A model generated the notes under the pieces. The model saw nothing but the letters and a program-made list of their open reading frames with translations, was not told where the DNA came from and did no database searches. Shown here one piece after another: positions 20,641 through 31,760 of a stretch of DNA of 64,000 nt; position 1 is the stretch's first letter; every line of letters starts with the position of its first letter. The DNA comes from a virus (Duplodnaviria; Caudoviricetes): the IMG/VR virus record IMGVR_UViG_3300030708_003106, positions 1-64,000 of that record; one strand, written 5' to 3'. A program made the translations under genes and the position numbers.

Positions 20641-22488
20641 ATGTCAGATCTCAGAGGAGTCATATCTTTAAATGAAGTTATTTCACTTCAAAAAGAATCT
20701 GAATGGGAAGATCCTAATAATGTTTGGATTTTTCCTGATGGTGGTGGACCTGAATTTAAATTTGCTGATGGCACAGTAACTCCTGCTCCTCCTGCCACTC
20801 CTTTAGGGAAAACTAAAATTCATGATATTGTTAGGGGTAGAGCATTCTGTATATCAGACAATGAGGGAATTGGTAGAGCAATTGTTGCAGATCCAGATCC
20901 AAATAGTACTGTACTTGCAATTACTTCTCCAGAAGGAGTTCGTGTTTACAATGGAGATCTTGACATCTTTATAGAACATAGTGATATTCTTGGTGACTAT
21001 GGTGACAGTGGTTATGGTAAGGTTGGTTTCGGTTCTACCGGATATACTTTTATTCCCAGACCAGTTGGAGTAGGATCTACAACTTGGGGATTCTCTGTTG
21101 CAGTAGGAGAAGGAAAGGTTGCTGTTGGAGATAGAGGAGTTAAAACTATAGAGTGGGGAAACCCACGGGATGGAGAAATTCATCCATCAGATACTGTAGG
21201 TAAAGTATATGTGTGGGATTTGGATGGAAGTAATCAAACTGTAATTACTCCAGCCAGCAATCAAGCTGGAGGACAATTTGGACATTCTATTGGTATAGGA
21301 AGTAGTAAAATTTTTATAGGAGCTCCAGCATTTAGCAGTAATTCAGTTCCAAGTGGACAATATGGACATCTCCGTCAAGGAACAGTTTTTAGTTTTAATT
21401 TAGATGGAACAGGGGAAACTAGACTAGATATTCCAACTTCATTAATATACTATCATCAACAATCCTACACTAACGGTGTTTTCGAAAGCAATACTGCGTA
21501 TTTTGGACATTCGCTATGTGTACATCGTGGTCAAGTTTTTGTTGGTGCTCCCTTTGCTGGTCAAGGGTCAGGTTATTATACTCAAGGAAGAGTTCTTCAA
21601 TTTGATGTTAGTGGAACATATAAACATATGTTCTATACATTTAGTATTTCCAATCCATATAACTATGGTGAAAGTTCTAGACAGGATGATCAGGAAGTTT
21701 TTGGTTATTCATTGGCCGCAACTGATGATGAAGTAACGGATGCAACAAATTCATTCAATTTATTTGTTGGAACTCCATATTTTAGGTATACTTCATCATC
21801 TAGGGGATCGGGGATGATACATCGTTTTAGAATTGACTCAAATACTGGAGATTTTGCTCCTATATTAAGACAAGAAGATAATCTGGGACGACCCTATTGG
21901 TCATCCTCACACCTATACAGTGATGATGTTGCATGGGGAATTTCGGAGTACTGGGCGAGACAAGGTGCTCATATGGCATATAATCATAAAGGAGAAGGAA
22001 TTTGCAATATGGGAGATGGGTTCATAGAACTTAGCACATTCAATAGCAGCGTTCGTTCATGGACACAAGACGGTATTACATATCCAGGAACCGTGAGTAC
22101 GCATGATTATTATTCAAATGCTGCAGATACGGATATATTGAGAATGCCTATAGATTTCACTATTGATAATCCCTACATAGTTTCAAATTTTGCTAGGGTT
22201 CCAGATAATGTCGATTGGAATTATGGAAATGGAACAAACGCATTCACTGGTAATAAATGTGCGATTAGTCATGATTTTTATTTTTATGGCACTAATTCTG
22301 AAACAGAAGGTGGTGGTCCTTATTCAGGTCCATCTAGTAATGGATATGATAATGAAACATATTTTAGTGATGGTTTAGGTGGATCAATTAAAGGATATGT
22401 AATTTTAGACCAAATATATAATGATTATCAAATAGACACTAACGGAGAGGGTAGAAAGGTTTTAAAAGAAGTTAGTGCAATACTATAA
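20641..22488 (+). CDS. Propeller-like putative receptor-binding protein, paralogue 3
   Basis: Same N-terminal motif; FGHS...IGAP and FGYS...VGTP blades; divergent body. Confidence 0.65.
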   Translation: MSDLRGVISLNEVISLQKESEWEDPNNVWIFPDGGGPEFKFADGTVTPAPPATPLGKTKIHDIVRGRAFCISDNEGIGRAIVADPDPNSTVLAITSPEGVRVYNGDLDIFIEHSDILGDYGDSGYGKVGFGSTGYTFIPRPVGVGSTTWGFSVAVGEGKVAVGDRGVKTIEWGNPRDGEIHPSDTVGKVYVWDLDGSNQTVITPASNQAGGQFGHSIGIGSSKIFIGAPAFSSNSVPSGQYGHLRQGTVFSFNLDGTGETRLDIPTSLIYYHQQSYTNGVFESNTAYFGHSLCVHRGQVFVGAPFAGQGSGYYTQGRVLQFDVSGTYKHMFYTFSISNPYNYGESSRQDDQEVFGYSLAATDDEVTDATNSFNLFVGTPYFRYTSSSRGSGMIHRFRIDSNTGDFAPILRQEDNLGRPYWSSSHLYSDDVAWGISEYWARQGAHMAYNHKGEGICNMGDGFIELSTFNSSVRSWTQDGITYPGTVSTHDYYSNAADTDILRMPIDFTIDNPYIVSNFARVPDNVDWNYGNGTNAFTGNKCAISHDFYFYGTNSETEGGGPYSGPSSNGYDNETYFSDGLGGSIKGYVILDQIYNDYQIDTNGEGRKVLKEVSAIL

Positions 22489-22496
22489 GATAAATA
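22489..22496 (+). promoter_or_regulatory. Late promoter GATAAATA
   Basis: NATAAATA immediately after a stop codon. Confidence 0.65.
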
Positions 22497-22513
22497 ACTA
22501 AAAAAGTAATACA

Positions 22514-22855
22514 ATGGCGGTCAGTCCTTCAATTAATATCAATATTTTGCAAGGAGCAGATTTTACAGAATCTTTTTTATCAAAAGAAACTGATAATTCT
22601 GCGACAGACTTGACTGGTTATAGTGGTTATTCTCAGTTAAAAAAACATGGGGGCGCAACATCATCTCATGCTTTTACTGTAGGAATCACTAGTGCTACTG
22701 GGGAAGTTGAAATTACAATGACTGGTTCACAAACTTCTAATATTGAACCAGGAAGATATGTATATGATGTGAAGTTAGTTTCTGGTAGTGGAGATATTTC
22801 TCGTCTTGTTGAAGGTATGGCATTCGTAAGTCCTGGAATCACTACTGCGGGGTAA
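22514..22855 (+). CDS. Small Ig-like structural protein
   Basis: QGADF...DLTGY...PGRYVYDV...RLVEG pattern recalled from cyanomyovirus tail regions. Confidence 0.7.
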   Translation: MAVSPSININILQGADFTESFLSKETDNSATDLTGYSGYSQLKKHGGATSSHAFTVGITSATGEVEITMTGSQTSNIEPGRYVYDVKLVSGSGDISRLVEGMAFVSPGITTAG

Positions 22856-22859
22856 TTAA

Positions 22860-23153
22860 ATGGCATTCGTAGTCAGAAAACAATCTACTACAACAAAAAA
22901 GATTAGTAGTCCAGTTCCAGTCACAAGAATGCGTGATGCATTGGATGCTGATTTTGGAACGTTAGATTCTGTTCAAGATGGGAGATTTGTTGCGTTTAAT
23001 TCAACAACAGGAAAATTTAATTTGAATACTGCTGATGATCTTTTTGCTAAAGCAATTGAGGATGGCAGTCTTCCTTCAGGATTTATAACTAATTTGGAAA
23101 ATCAAATGTCATATGATGCACTTATTCCAGACATTGATGGAGGGACTTTCTAA
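22860..23153 (+). CDS. Small hypothetical protein ending IDGGTF
   Basis: ORF track; paralogous to the next gene. Confidence 0.65.
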   Translation: MAFVVRKQSTTTKKISSPVPVTRMRDALDADFGTLDSVQDGRFVAFNSTTGKFNLNTADDLFAKAIEDGSLPSGFITNLENQMSYDALIPDIDGGTF

Positions 23154-23371
23154 TGGCAACACGTATTCAAGACTTTAATGATACAAAATTCACTTCAACT
23201 GAAAACAGATCAACATTACAATATAATTCAACTGATGATAAATTTGACAATAAGAGTCCAGACGAATTTTTAGCATTTGTTCCAATATCTAATACCTTTG
23301 CTGAGTTTGTCGTTAATAATATAGACCTAAATAATTTCACCAATAAAACTATTGATGGTGGCACTTTTTAG
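23153..23371 (+). CDS. Small hypothetical protein ending IDGGTF
   Basis: ORF track; TAATG coupling with the previous gene. Confidence 0.65.
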   Translation: MATRIQDFNDTKFTSTENRSTLQYNSTDDKFDNKSPDEFLAFVPISNTFAEFVVNNIDLNNFTNKTIDGGTF

Positions 23372-23404
23372 CACTTTGAGGTAAAGTTTTCTACAGCGTA
23401 AGAG

Positions 23405-26400
23405 ATGGCAGTTCCTATTCGGTTTAAAAGGGGTAATTATGCGAATTTACCTGCGCTTCAACCTGGGGAGCCAGCATTTACCCTTGATACTAATGAACTT
23501 TATGTCGGTCTAAACTCTACGACAGACGGCAATAAATTTTTTGGTTCTCACAGATATTGGACAAGAGAAACCACAACCACGGGTAGTGGAATTAATCTGG
23601 TTGAAGGTTCGGACAATGGATCTGCATTTTTAACTCTACAAGCACCAGGTTCATTATCAGGAATCACAACATTTACGCTTCCAGGCGTTGATGGTTCGTA
23701 TGGTGGAATATTAATTACTGATGGCGCAGGAAATTTAACTTTTGAAAGTGTTTTACCTGCTATAAATGTTGCTGGAGTATCAACATTCCAAAATAATTTA
23801 AATGTTGGTGGTGATTTAAAGGTTACAGGAACTTCAGAGTTTGTTGGAATTGTAACTTTTAGAGGAGGAACAATTAATCTTGGAGATTCTGATAGTGATG
23901 ATGTTGTAATTGGCGGAGAATTTGCATCCAGTTTAACTCCAACAAATGATGGACAGTATAGTCTAGGTTCAGACTCCAAGAGGTGGAGATATTCTTATGT
24001 AAGAGAAACATTAGATACTAATCAATTAAATGTATCTGGTGTATCCACCTTCGCATCGGCACAATTTACTGATGATGTTAATTTCACTCAAGCAATTAAT
24101 GTTGATGGAGATACTGAACTTGATAATTTAAATGTATCTGGAGTATCTACTTTTACAGGTACTACTAATATTGCAAATCTAAATGCTACTGGACTTAGCA
24201 CTATATCTAGAGTAGAAGCAACTAATATAGTTTCTGGTGGTGCTACATTTACTACTGGTGGGGTTAAGTTTCAAACATTTGCTCAGTTTGCTAATAATCA
24301 ATCGTTATTATTTGGTGGAGGAAATGATTTAGAAATATTCCACGATGGTTTAAATGCTTACATTGTCGATGTAGGTGTTGGAAGCATGTTCATCAGAGGA
24401 ACATCCAGCATTGAACTTGAGAATGATACTGGTAGTGAAACTTATGCACGATTTAATATTGATGGTGCATCTGAATTATATTACGATAATTCTAAAAAAA
24501 TTGAAACTACTGCTGATGGTGTTCGAATCATTGGTGTTACATCATCAACTACAGCAAAAATTGGTGCAGCAACAACATTTACAGAAGACTTAGTTGTTCA
24601 GGGTGATGCAAGAGTTACTGGTATTCTAACAGTTGGAACTAGTTCTATTATATTTGATGGACCAAATAATAGTATCTCTGTTGGTGGAGCTACAACAGTA
24701 AATACCTCTGGTCTTGAAGTTGGAATAACCACAGTTCATTCCACAGGAATTGAAGTTGGTAATAGTTCTATTCATAATAATGGATTTGATATTGGAACAA
24801 CTTCTTTACATGACTCTGGCATAAATGCTGACAACTTAAATATTTCTGGGGTCGGCACTGTAGGTGGTGATTTAAATGTAACAGGTGATGTAATAGTTGG
24901 AAATGTAAATATTTCTGGTGTCATCACTGCATCAACTCTGGATATTAGTGGATCTGTTGACATTGATTTAAATGTACTTGGAAATACTTTCTACGTTGCT
25001 GAGACTGGTAGTAATTCAAATGATGGTGACAATATTAACAAACCATTCCTCACGATTGCACAAGCATTAAGTGTTGCAACTAATGGAGATGTTATTAATG
25101 TTAGTGCTGGAATATTTGAAGAAACTTGTCCTTTAACCGTACCAGCAGGAGTAACAGTTAAGGGTTCTGGACTGAGAGCAACAACAATCAGACCAACAAC
25201 TGCTACAAGGCAGGAAAATATTTTCTTATTAAATGATGCATCAACTCTTGAAGACTTTTCAATCAAGGGTTCATATTACGATTCTACTAATGATACTGGT
25301 TATGCATTCTCATATGCAACTGGTATTGCAATCACAACTAGATCGCCATATATTCAAAGAATAACAGTTTTAAACACTGGTTCACAAGTTACAGCGAGTG
25401 ACCCATATGGATATGATACTCCAGATTCAAATCCATCATCATTCATTGCTGGTCGTGGTGCATTAGTTGATGGATCAAAGGTTACTTCAAATTCATTAGA
25501 AGCAGGAATGCTTTTCAATGAAGTAACATTCTTCACTCCAAATAATACTGGTGTAACTCTTACAAATGGTGCGAGAGCAGAATATCTTAACTGTTTCCAT
25601 TATTTTGCATCACAAGCAATTGTCGGTACTTCTGGAACCGTTGGTATTGCTGGGACTGCAAATGTACGACTGAAGTTTGATAATCCAAGCGTAACACCAT
25701 CAGTCAATCATGTTGTTAAGTTACGCGATGGTGGAGGAACTGTTGTTGCTGTTGGTACAATTACATCATACAACAGCCCATATGCAGAGATTGATGGTAA
25801 AGGTCACGGAACATTTACTGTAGGTGCTGGATCAACTCAAGATATCAAATTCTATCAGTCTGATGGTACAACTCAAACTGGTATTGCAAGTGCAATTAGT
25901 CTTGCTGATTATACTATGTTTGGCGCAGAAATGCGTTCAGTTGGTTGTGCTGTTGAATATGGTTCTCAAGGTGTTGTTGCTGATGGTGTTGGAGTAAAAC
26001 TTAGACTCTTTGCCACTAACTTCAATCATGTTGGATCTGGAAAAGATTTCAGTAATGATTCAACTTTAACAATTCAAGCAAATGAAGTTATTGAAACAAA
26101 CAATGGTCAAGTTTCTTATGTAAGTATTGACCAATCTGGAGACTTTAGAGTTGGTGATGCATTTGTTGTTCAGCAAGAGACTGGTAATGTTTCTTTTGCA
26201 GCAACCACTTACAACTTAGAAACGACTGGAGAATTAACGGTTACTGATGGTGGATCTAATCAATCTGTTATTACGCCAACCAGTGCAACAATTGGTAATT
26301 TACAATTAGCAGCAAATACTTTCTCATCGACGAGTGGTGATATTACAATTGATCCTGCAGGATCAAGTGAAACTAATATAACTGGAAAATTAAACGTTTC

Positions 26401-27349
26401 TTCAGTTGATGTTTCTGGAGATTTAGATGTTGATGGACTTTCAGAACTTGATAATGTCAATGTTGGATCAGCATTAACAGTTGCTGGAGCAGTCGATTTT
26501 AATGGAACTCTAGATGTTAGTGGACTCACAGAACTTGATAATGTCAATGTTTCTAGTGCAATAACTGCAACAGCATTCAGTGGTCCTCTGACGGGTAATG
26601 TCACTGGTAATGTAACGGGAACTGTTTCTGATATTTCAAATCATACTACTGATGCATTATCTGAAGGTAGTACAAATTTATATTATACTAATACAAGAGT
26701 TGATGGTAGAATTTCTGCAGCATCAATTACCGATCTTTCGGATGCAGATCAAGGTGTTGCTACTACGGATAGTCCAACATTTGCTGCTGTTACTGCTCCG
26801 AATTTCAATACAGGTACTTTAGGATCTGCGATTAGAATTTCCTCAAATACCATATCTGGTCCAGCGACATTAACAATTGATCCTGCCGGTGTTGGTGATA
26901 ATACTGGTACAGTTGTTATTGCTGGTGATCTTCAAGTTGATGGAACAACTACAGAAATTAATTCTACTACTTTAACTGTAGATGATAAAAATATTGTTTT
27001 AGCATCTGGTGCATCTAATGATGCAGCAGCAGATGGTGGTGGAATTACACTTGAATCTGGTCAAGGAAATAAAACAATTAATTGGGTTAATTCTACCGAT
27101 GCTTGGACATTCTCTGAACACGTAAATATTGCTTCGACAAAAACTTATATGATTAATGGAGTTAATGTTTTGTCAGCAACAACATTGGGATCGAGTGTTG
27201 TTAATTCTTCATTAACGTCAGTTGGAACACTGACAGATCTCACAGTTACAGGTGCTATAAATAGCAGTACGGCAATCCAAGTAAATGGTGTCAGTGTTCT
27301 TGACACAGCCTCTGGTGATGCAACAGCATTGGCAATCGCTCTAGGGTAA
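23405..27349 (+). CDS. Tail fibre/spike with a pectin-lyase-like beta-helix region
   Basis: N-terminal IRFKRG...GEPAF; FYVAETGSNSNDG...PFLTIAQAL beta-helix cap; C-terminal ALAIALG. Confidence 0.75.
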   Translation: MAVPIRFKRGNYANLPALQPGEPAFTLDTNELYVGLNSTTDGNKFFGSHRYWTRETTTTGSGINLVEGSDNGSAFLTLQAPGSLSGITTFTLPGVDGSYGGILITDGAGNLTFESVLPAINVAGVSTFQNNLNVGGDLKVTGTSEFVGIVTFRGGTINLGDSDSDDVVIGGEFASSLTPTNDGQYSLGSDSKRWRYSYVRETLDTNQLNVSGVSTFASAQFTDDVNFTQAINVDGDTELDNLNVSGVSTFTGTTNIANLNATGLSTISRVEATNIVSGGATFTTGGVKFQTFAQFANNQSLLFGGGNDLEIFHDGLNAYIVDVGVGSMFIRGTSSIELENDTGSETYARFNIDGASELYYDNSKKIETTADGVRIIGVTSSTTAKIGAATTFTEDLVVQGDARVTGILTVGTSSIIFDGPNNSISVGGATTVNTSGLEVGITTVHSTGIEVGNSSIHNNGFDIGTTSLHDSGINADNLNISGVGTVGGDLNVTGDVIVGNVNISGVITASTLDISGSVDIDLNVLGNTFYVAETGSNSNDGDNINKPFLTIAQALSVATNGDVINVSAGIFEETCPLTVPAGVTVKGSGLRATTIRPTTATRQENIFLLNDASTLEDFSIKGSYYDSTNDTGYAFSYATGIAITTRSPYIQRITVLNTGSQVTASDPYGYDTPDSNPSSFIAGRGALVDGSKVTSNSLEAGMLFNEVTFFTPNNTGVTLTNGARAEYLNCFHYFASQAIVGTSGTVGIAGTANVRLKFDNPSVTPSVNHVVKLRDGGGTVVAVGTITSYNSPYAEIDGKGHGTFTVGAGSTQDIKFYQSDGTTQTGIASAISLADYTMFGAEMRSVGCAVEYGSQGVVADGVGVKLRLFATNFNHVGSGKDFSNDSTLTIQANEVIETNNGQVSYVSIDQSGDFRVGDAFVVQQETGNVSFAATTYNLETTGELTVTDGGSNQSVITPTSATIGNLQLAANTFSSTSGDITIDPAGSSETNITGKLNVSSVDVSGDLDVDGLSELDNVNVGSALTVAGAVDFNGTLDVSGLTELDNVNVSSAITATAFSGPLTGNVTGNVTGTVSDISNHTTDALSEGSTNLYYTNTRVDGRISAASITDLSDADQGVATTDSPTFAAVTAPNFNTGTLGSAIRISSNTISGPATLTIDPAGVGDNTGTVVIAGDLQVDGTTTEINSTTLTVDDKNIVLASGASNDAAADGGGITLESGQGNKTINWVNSTDAWTFSEHVNIASTKTYMINGVNVLSATTLGSSVVNSSLTSVGTLTDLTVTGAINSSTAIQVNGVSVLDTASGDATALAIALG

Positions 27350-27352
27350 GAA

Positions 27353-27685
27353 ATGGCAAACACATTCAAAAGTTATACCACTGCCAGTATTGGTCAGTCT
27401 ACATCTACGATTTATACGGTTCCAAGTGGGACTACAACGATCGTTATTGGTATTGCTTTAGCGAATAAACTTAATACAGGTGGTACTGTAACGGCTAATG
27501 TTTTGGTTGATAAGGCATCTGGATCAGATGTTTATATGATTAGAAATGTTGAGTTGTATGATGGTGGTTCTTTTACCTTAGCAGGAACAGGAAAAATAAT
27601 TTTAAACACTGGGGATAAATTGAAAATTTCAGCAAGTGCTAATTTTAGCGTGGATGTCATATTAAGCGTTCTCGAACAAACTTGA
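27353..27685 (+). CDS. Small structural protein (MANTFK type)
   Basis: ORF track; TATAAATA at 27256-27263 upstream. Confidence 0.7.
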   Translation: MANTFKSYTTASIGQSTSTIYTVPSGTTTIVIGIALANKLNTGGTVTANVLVDKASGSDVYMIRNVELYDGGSFTLAGTGKIILNTGDKLKISASANFSVDVILSVLEQT

Positions 27686-27696
27686 GGTAGACATCG

Positions 27697-30600
27697 ATGT
27701 CAGATATGCATATCGGAAAGCAACCAATACGAGCTAATAGTAAATTTTACGACCGAAGTGGTAATGTTGGAGCTGCTTCTTCAATTTTAGTTGCTGCTCA
27801 AAATGGAGAGGTGGAATGGATTCACCCATATGACGCAGGACTACAAGGTCTCCAAGGTACTCAAGGTGTTCAGGGTATTCTAGGAACAGAAGGAAAACAT
27901 CCTGGAGTTGAGCTTGAATTTGATAGTTCAACTAGTACTAGTAATATGAGTAATGGACTGATGAGGTTCAATACCTCTAATCAGTATCAGGCATCGCAAA
28001 TTATCATCAGCAACCAGGATTACCATGGAAATGGAATCTCCGCTTGGGTTAATACTTTTGATGACACCACTAACCCTGGTGATAAAGGGACGTTATGGAT
28101 ATATGGAAGTGATGATGACCAAACTTGGGATACGAATGAATTTATTATTGCTACAGTAACTGATATTACTAGTTACTTTGGTTATAAAGTAATAGATATT
28201 ACAATTAGACAGACAAACTATGGTTTTAGTGATGGTGATCGTGTATTTTTACAATTCTATGCTATAGGAGATCAAGGTACTCAAGGTATTCAGGGCGTTC
28301 AAGGTACTCAAGGCGTTCAAGGCGTTCAAGGTGTTCAGGGCACTCAAGGTATTCAAGGTGTTCAGGGCACTCAAGGTATTCAAGGTATTACTGGAACAGA
28401 AGGACAACACGCAGGAATTCCATATGAATTTAGTACTAGCACATCTAATGCTGATCCTGGCAATGGAAAATTTAGATATAATTCCCAATATACTTGGCAA
28501 ACAACTCGAATTTATATCGACGATCGGGCAGCGGGTGGTGGTGCTGATCTTCAACCTTGGTTGAGAACTTTTGATGATTCCACTGACCCCAATAGTAAGG
28601 GTCATTTAGTAATTTATGGTAGTGATGATGATCAAACTTGGGATTCATATGAACTTCATATTTGGAATATTACTTCTGTAACAGAACATACTGGTTATTT
28701 TGAACTAGCCGTTACTTCTGTTGATACAAATTATTCATTTAGTAATGGTGATATTTGTTTCTTACAATTCTATAGAACTGGTGATAGAGGTCTTCAAGGT
28801 GATGCTGCTAGTGTCCAGGGTATTCAAGGTATAAAAGGAAACCAAGGTGTTTTTGGTATTCAGGGTGATGCTTCTACCGTTCAAGGTCTTCAGGGCACTC
28901 AAGGTAGAACAGGAAACCAGGGTAGAACAGGTATTCAAGGTGATGCATCATCTGTCCAAGGTCTTCAAGGTACTCAAGGCATAAAAGGAAACCAAGGAAA
29001 CTTAGGTATTCAAGGTGACGCAGCATCTGTTCAGGGTCTCCAAGGTATTCAAGGCACAAAAGGAAACCAGGGTATTTTAGGCGTCCAAGGTGATGCTGCT
29101 GAGGTTCAGGGTCTTCAAGGTATTCAAGGACAATTAGGAAACCAGGGTATTTTAGGAATCCAAGGTGATGCTGCTAGTGTCCAGGGTATTCAAGGTACTC
29201 AAGGTGTTATTGGATTCTCCGGAACAAATAACATAATTTGGGAGAGAAGTGCTAATAACATTACTACCAACAGCAGTAGTTGGAAAAGATTTAAATCTGA
29301 TGGAACGAATAATGCTAGTTACTATGATTTCTCTGGTAATGCCTGGTGGTATTTTGGTGGAACTACTAATGTCACCGATTACTTAGATGATTTGCGGTCA
29401 CAAATAAATGGTGGCAGTAAAATGTATATGACCGTCAACAAGTTTGACTGGTCTCAGTACATGGTATATGAAGTTACTGCAATTACATTAAGTGCAGGTA
29501 CTGCTAGTAGTGGATCTTCTGTTTGGAGATTTAGTGTTTCTCATATATCAACACATAACATAACTGGAACAGGAAGTTTCTCATTCACTAACTATGATGA
29601 ATATCATTTCAACTTCCAAGTAACTGGTGCTCAAGGTGCTCAGGGTGTTGACGGACAATATGCAGGTATAGGTCTTCAAGGTCTCCAGGGTATTCAAGGT
29701 AGAACAGGAAACCAGGGTAGAACAGGTGTTCAAGGTGATGCTGCTACTGTTCAGGGTCTCCAGGGTATTCAAGGAAGATTAGGAAACCAGGGAATATTAG
29801 GTATTCAGGGTGATGCCTCTAGTGTCCAAGGTCTTCAGGGTGTTCAAGGTAGAACAGGAAACCAAGGAAACTTGGGTGTTCAAGGTGATGCAGCATCTGT
29901 TCAAGGTTTAACAGGTGTTCAAGGTAGAAGAGGATTCCAAGGACACTTAGGTGTTCAAGGTGATGCTGCTAGTGTTCAGGGTCTCCAAGGCACTCAAGGT
30001 GGAGGAGGAAACCAGGGTACAACTGGTACTGGACTTCAGGGTGACGCAGCATCTGTTCAAGGTCTTCAGGGCATTCAAGGTAGAAAAGGAAACCAAGGAA
30101 ACTACGGCGTTCAAGGTGATGCTGCTACTGTCCAAGGTCTACAGGGTGTTCAAGGCAGAACAGGAAGCCAGGGAATATTAGGTGTTCAAGGTGATGCAGC
30201 ATCCGTTCAGGGTCTTCAGGGTGGTCAAGGTGTAACCGGCGATCAATTTACAGCACAAACTTATACAATTAGTGTTCCAGGAGGATCTGGTGGTGGATAT
30301 TATATTAATGGCGTATCGAGAGATGATCTTTTCCTAATAAGAGGTCAAAGATATGTCTTTGATCAATCATCTTCTACAAATAATAACCACCCAATAAGAC
30401 TTTCTACTACAAGTAACGGAACTCATGCTGGTGGAACTCAATATACTTCTGGATGGACATATACTGGAACAGCAGGTTCAAATGGAGAAGCAGTATTCGT
30501 AGTTCCTTTCGATGCACCAAATACATTATATTATTATTGCGCCAACCACTCTGGAATGGCTGGTAGTGCTAGTATTTCAATCAGAAATTTAAATGCTGAA

Positions 30601-31719
30601 GATCTTCAAGGTATAAAAGGTAATCAAGGAGATGACGGTGTTCAGGGTGATGCAGCATCTGTTCAAGGTCTTCAAGGAAATATAGGAGCAGGTTCACAAG
30701 GTGCTGCTGGACCCCAAGGCAATGCTGCTAATGTTCAAGGTATTCAGGGTCCACAAGGTGTTCAAGGAAATAATGGACTTCAGGGCATTTATGGCGTTCA
30801 AGGTAGAACTGGTGCAGGTAATCAGGGTGCTGACGGATCTCAAGGTATAACTGGTGCTGGATTACAAGGTGATGCTGCTAGTGTCCAAGGTCTTCAGGGT
30901 ACTCAGGGAGATTTTGGTGTCCAAGGTCAAGTTGGACTGCCAGTTAAGAGTGGAGTATATAACATAGTAGTACACAGTAGTCAGAGTTCTTACGGTACAC
31001 CATCAAGTTTACCGAGTGGTAGTTTTGCATTTAATGGTTTCAGAGCATCTTCTACATCACAAGTGTTTGTTTCAGTATTTGATGCTCAGGGTAGAAACTT
31101 TGTTCCTTGGTCAACATCCAATTTCCCTGCTGATTTAGAACTTCAATTCAAGTCTGGAAGTTACTGGACATATTTTAGATTTAAAGCAACCTCTAGAGGT
31201 AGTATCACTCATGGTAGTGGTGGTAATCCATCATTCTATGCAGTCAACGTAAGTTCAGCCACTTATTCAAACACTAATACCCAAATGCATCAGTGGTATT
31301 ATGCAGTTAATGGTAATGGTTCTATTGGTGGCAGTGACCCAGGAACAGGAACTGCTAATGGGTGGTTGATGACTTTTGGACCAGCTCCAGGTCTCCAGGG
31401 TGTTCAAGGTGGTGAAGGTCCTCAAGGTGGCACTGGTCTTCAAGGTCTTGATGGTTTTGGATTACAAGGTTCTCTTGGTATTCAAGGTATTCAAGGTACT
31501 GATGGAACAGGATTGCAGGGTATTCAAGGTGCAGATGCATCTGCAATTGCTGCACAAGGAGCTCCTGGACCTCAAGGTTTGACTGGTGCTGGTTCTCAAG
31601 GTGCAATAGGTACTCAAGGAGATGCAGCATCCGTTCAAGGTATTCAAGGTCCATCAGGATCTGTTGGAGGAGATACAGTTTCAACTCCTCTCGCTATTGC
31701 TCTTGCTGCCGCGTTGTAA
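27697..31719 (+). CDS. Collagen-like (Gly-X-Gln) fibre protein with globular inserts and a cupredoxin-like domain
   Basis: Long G-X-Q runs interrupted by DAASV; NHPIRL...[10 protein letters not shown]; C-terminal LAIALAAAL. Confidence 0.85.
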   Translation: MSDMHIGKQPIRANSKFYDRSGNVGAASSILVAAQNGEVEWIHPYDAGLQGLQGTQGVQGILGTEGKHPGVELEFDSSTSTSNMSNGLMRFNTSNQYQASQIIISNQDYHGNGISAWVNTFDDTTNPGDKGTLWIYGSDDDQTWDTNEFIIATVTDITSYFGYKVIDITIRQTNYGFSDGDRVFLQFYAIGDQGTQGIQGVQGTQGVQGVQGVQGTQGIQGVQGTQGIQGITGTEGQHAGIPYEFSTSTSNADPGNGKFRYNSQYTWQTTRIYIDDRAAGGGADLQPWLRTFDDSTDPNSKGHLVIYGSDDDQTWDSYELHIWNITSVTEHTGYFELAVTSVDTNYSFSNGDICFLQFYRTGDRGLQGDAASVQGIQGIKGNQGVFGIQGDASTVQGLQGTQGRTGNQGRTGIQGDASSVQGLQGTQGIKGNQGNLGIQGDAASVQGLQGIQGTKGNQGILGVQGDAAEVQGLQGIQGQLGNQGILGIQGDAASVQGIQGTQGVIGFSGTNNIIWERSANNITTNSSSWKRFKSDGTNNASYYDFSGNAWWYFGGTTNVTDYLDDLRSQINGGSKMYMTVNKFDWSQYMVYEVTAITLSAGTASSGSSVWRFSVSHISTHNITGTGSFSFTNYDEYHFNFQVTGAQGAQGVDGQYAGIGLQGLQGIQGRTGNQGRTGVQGDAATVQGLQGIQGRLGNQGILGIQGDASSVQGLQGVQGRTGNQGNLGVQGDAASVQGLTGVQGRRGFQGHLGVQGDAASVQGLQGTQGGGGNQGTTGTGLQGDAASVQGLQGIQGRKGNQGNYGVQGDAATVQGLQGVQGRTGSQGILGVQGDAASVQGLQGGQGVTGDQFTAQTYTISVPGGSGGGYYINGVSRDDLFLIRGQRYVFDQSSSTNNNHPIRLSTTSNGTHAGGTQYTSGWTYTGTAGSNGEAVFVVPFDAPNTLYYYCANHSGMAGSASISIRNLNAEDLQGIKGNQGDDGVQGDAASVQGLQGNIGAGSQGAAGPQGNAANVQGIQGPQGVQGNNGLQGIYGVQGRTGAGNQGADGSQGITGAGLQGDAASVQGLQGTQGDFGVQGQVGLPVKSGVYNIVVHSSQSSYGTPSSLPSGSFAFNGFRASSTSQVFVSVFDAQGRNFVPWSTSNFPADLELQFKSGSYWTYFRFKATSRGSITHGSGGNPSFYAVNVSSATYSNTNTQMHQWYYAVNGNGSIGGSDPGTGTANGWLMTFGPAPGLQGVQGGEGPQGGTGLQGLDGFGLQGSLGIQGIQGTDGTGLQGIQGADASAIAAQGAPGPQGLTGAGSQGAIGTQGDAASVQGIQGPSGSVGGDTVSTPLAIALAAAL
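28783..30240 (+). repeat. Degenerate tandem repeats of about 75 bp/25 aa ([25 protein letters not shown]), interrupted at about 29215-29625
   Basis: Visible caaggt/cagggt periodicity. Confidence 0.85.
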
Positions 31720-31722
31720 TCC

Positions 31723-31730
31723 GATAAATA
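31723..31730 (+). promoter_or_regulatory. Late promoter GATAAATA
   Basis: NATAAATA, intergenic. Confidence 0.65.
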
Positions 31731-31760
31731 AAAATAATCAAAAAGACTGTGTTCTGATAA

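Noticed and set aside
17446-22488. Diversity-generating retroelement or invertible shufflon behind the paralogues
   Set aside because: No reverse transcriptase or invertase is seen, mismatches are not adenine-specific, and the repeats are direct rather than inverted.
28270-31660. CAAGGT-periodic DNA as a non-coding repeat array
   Set aside because: Fully explained by Gln-Gly codons of the collagen-like ORF.
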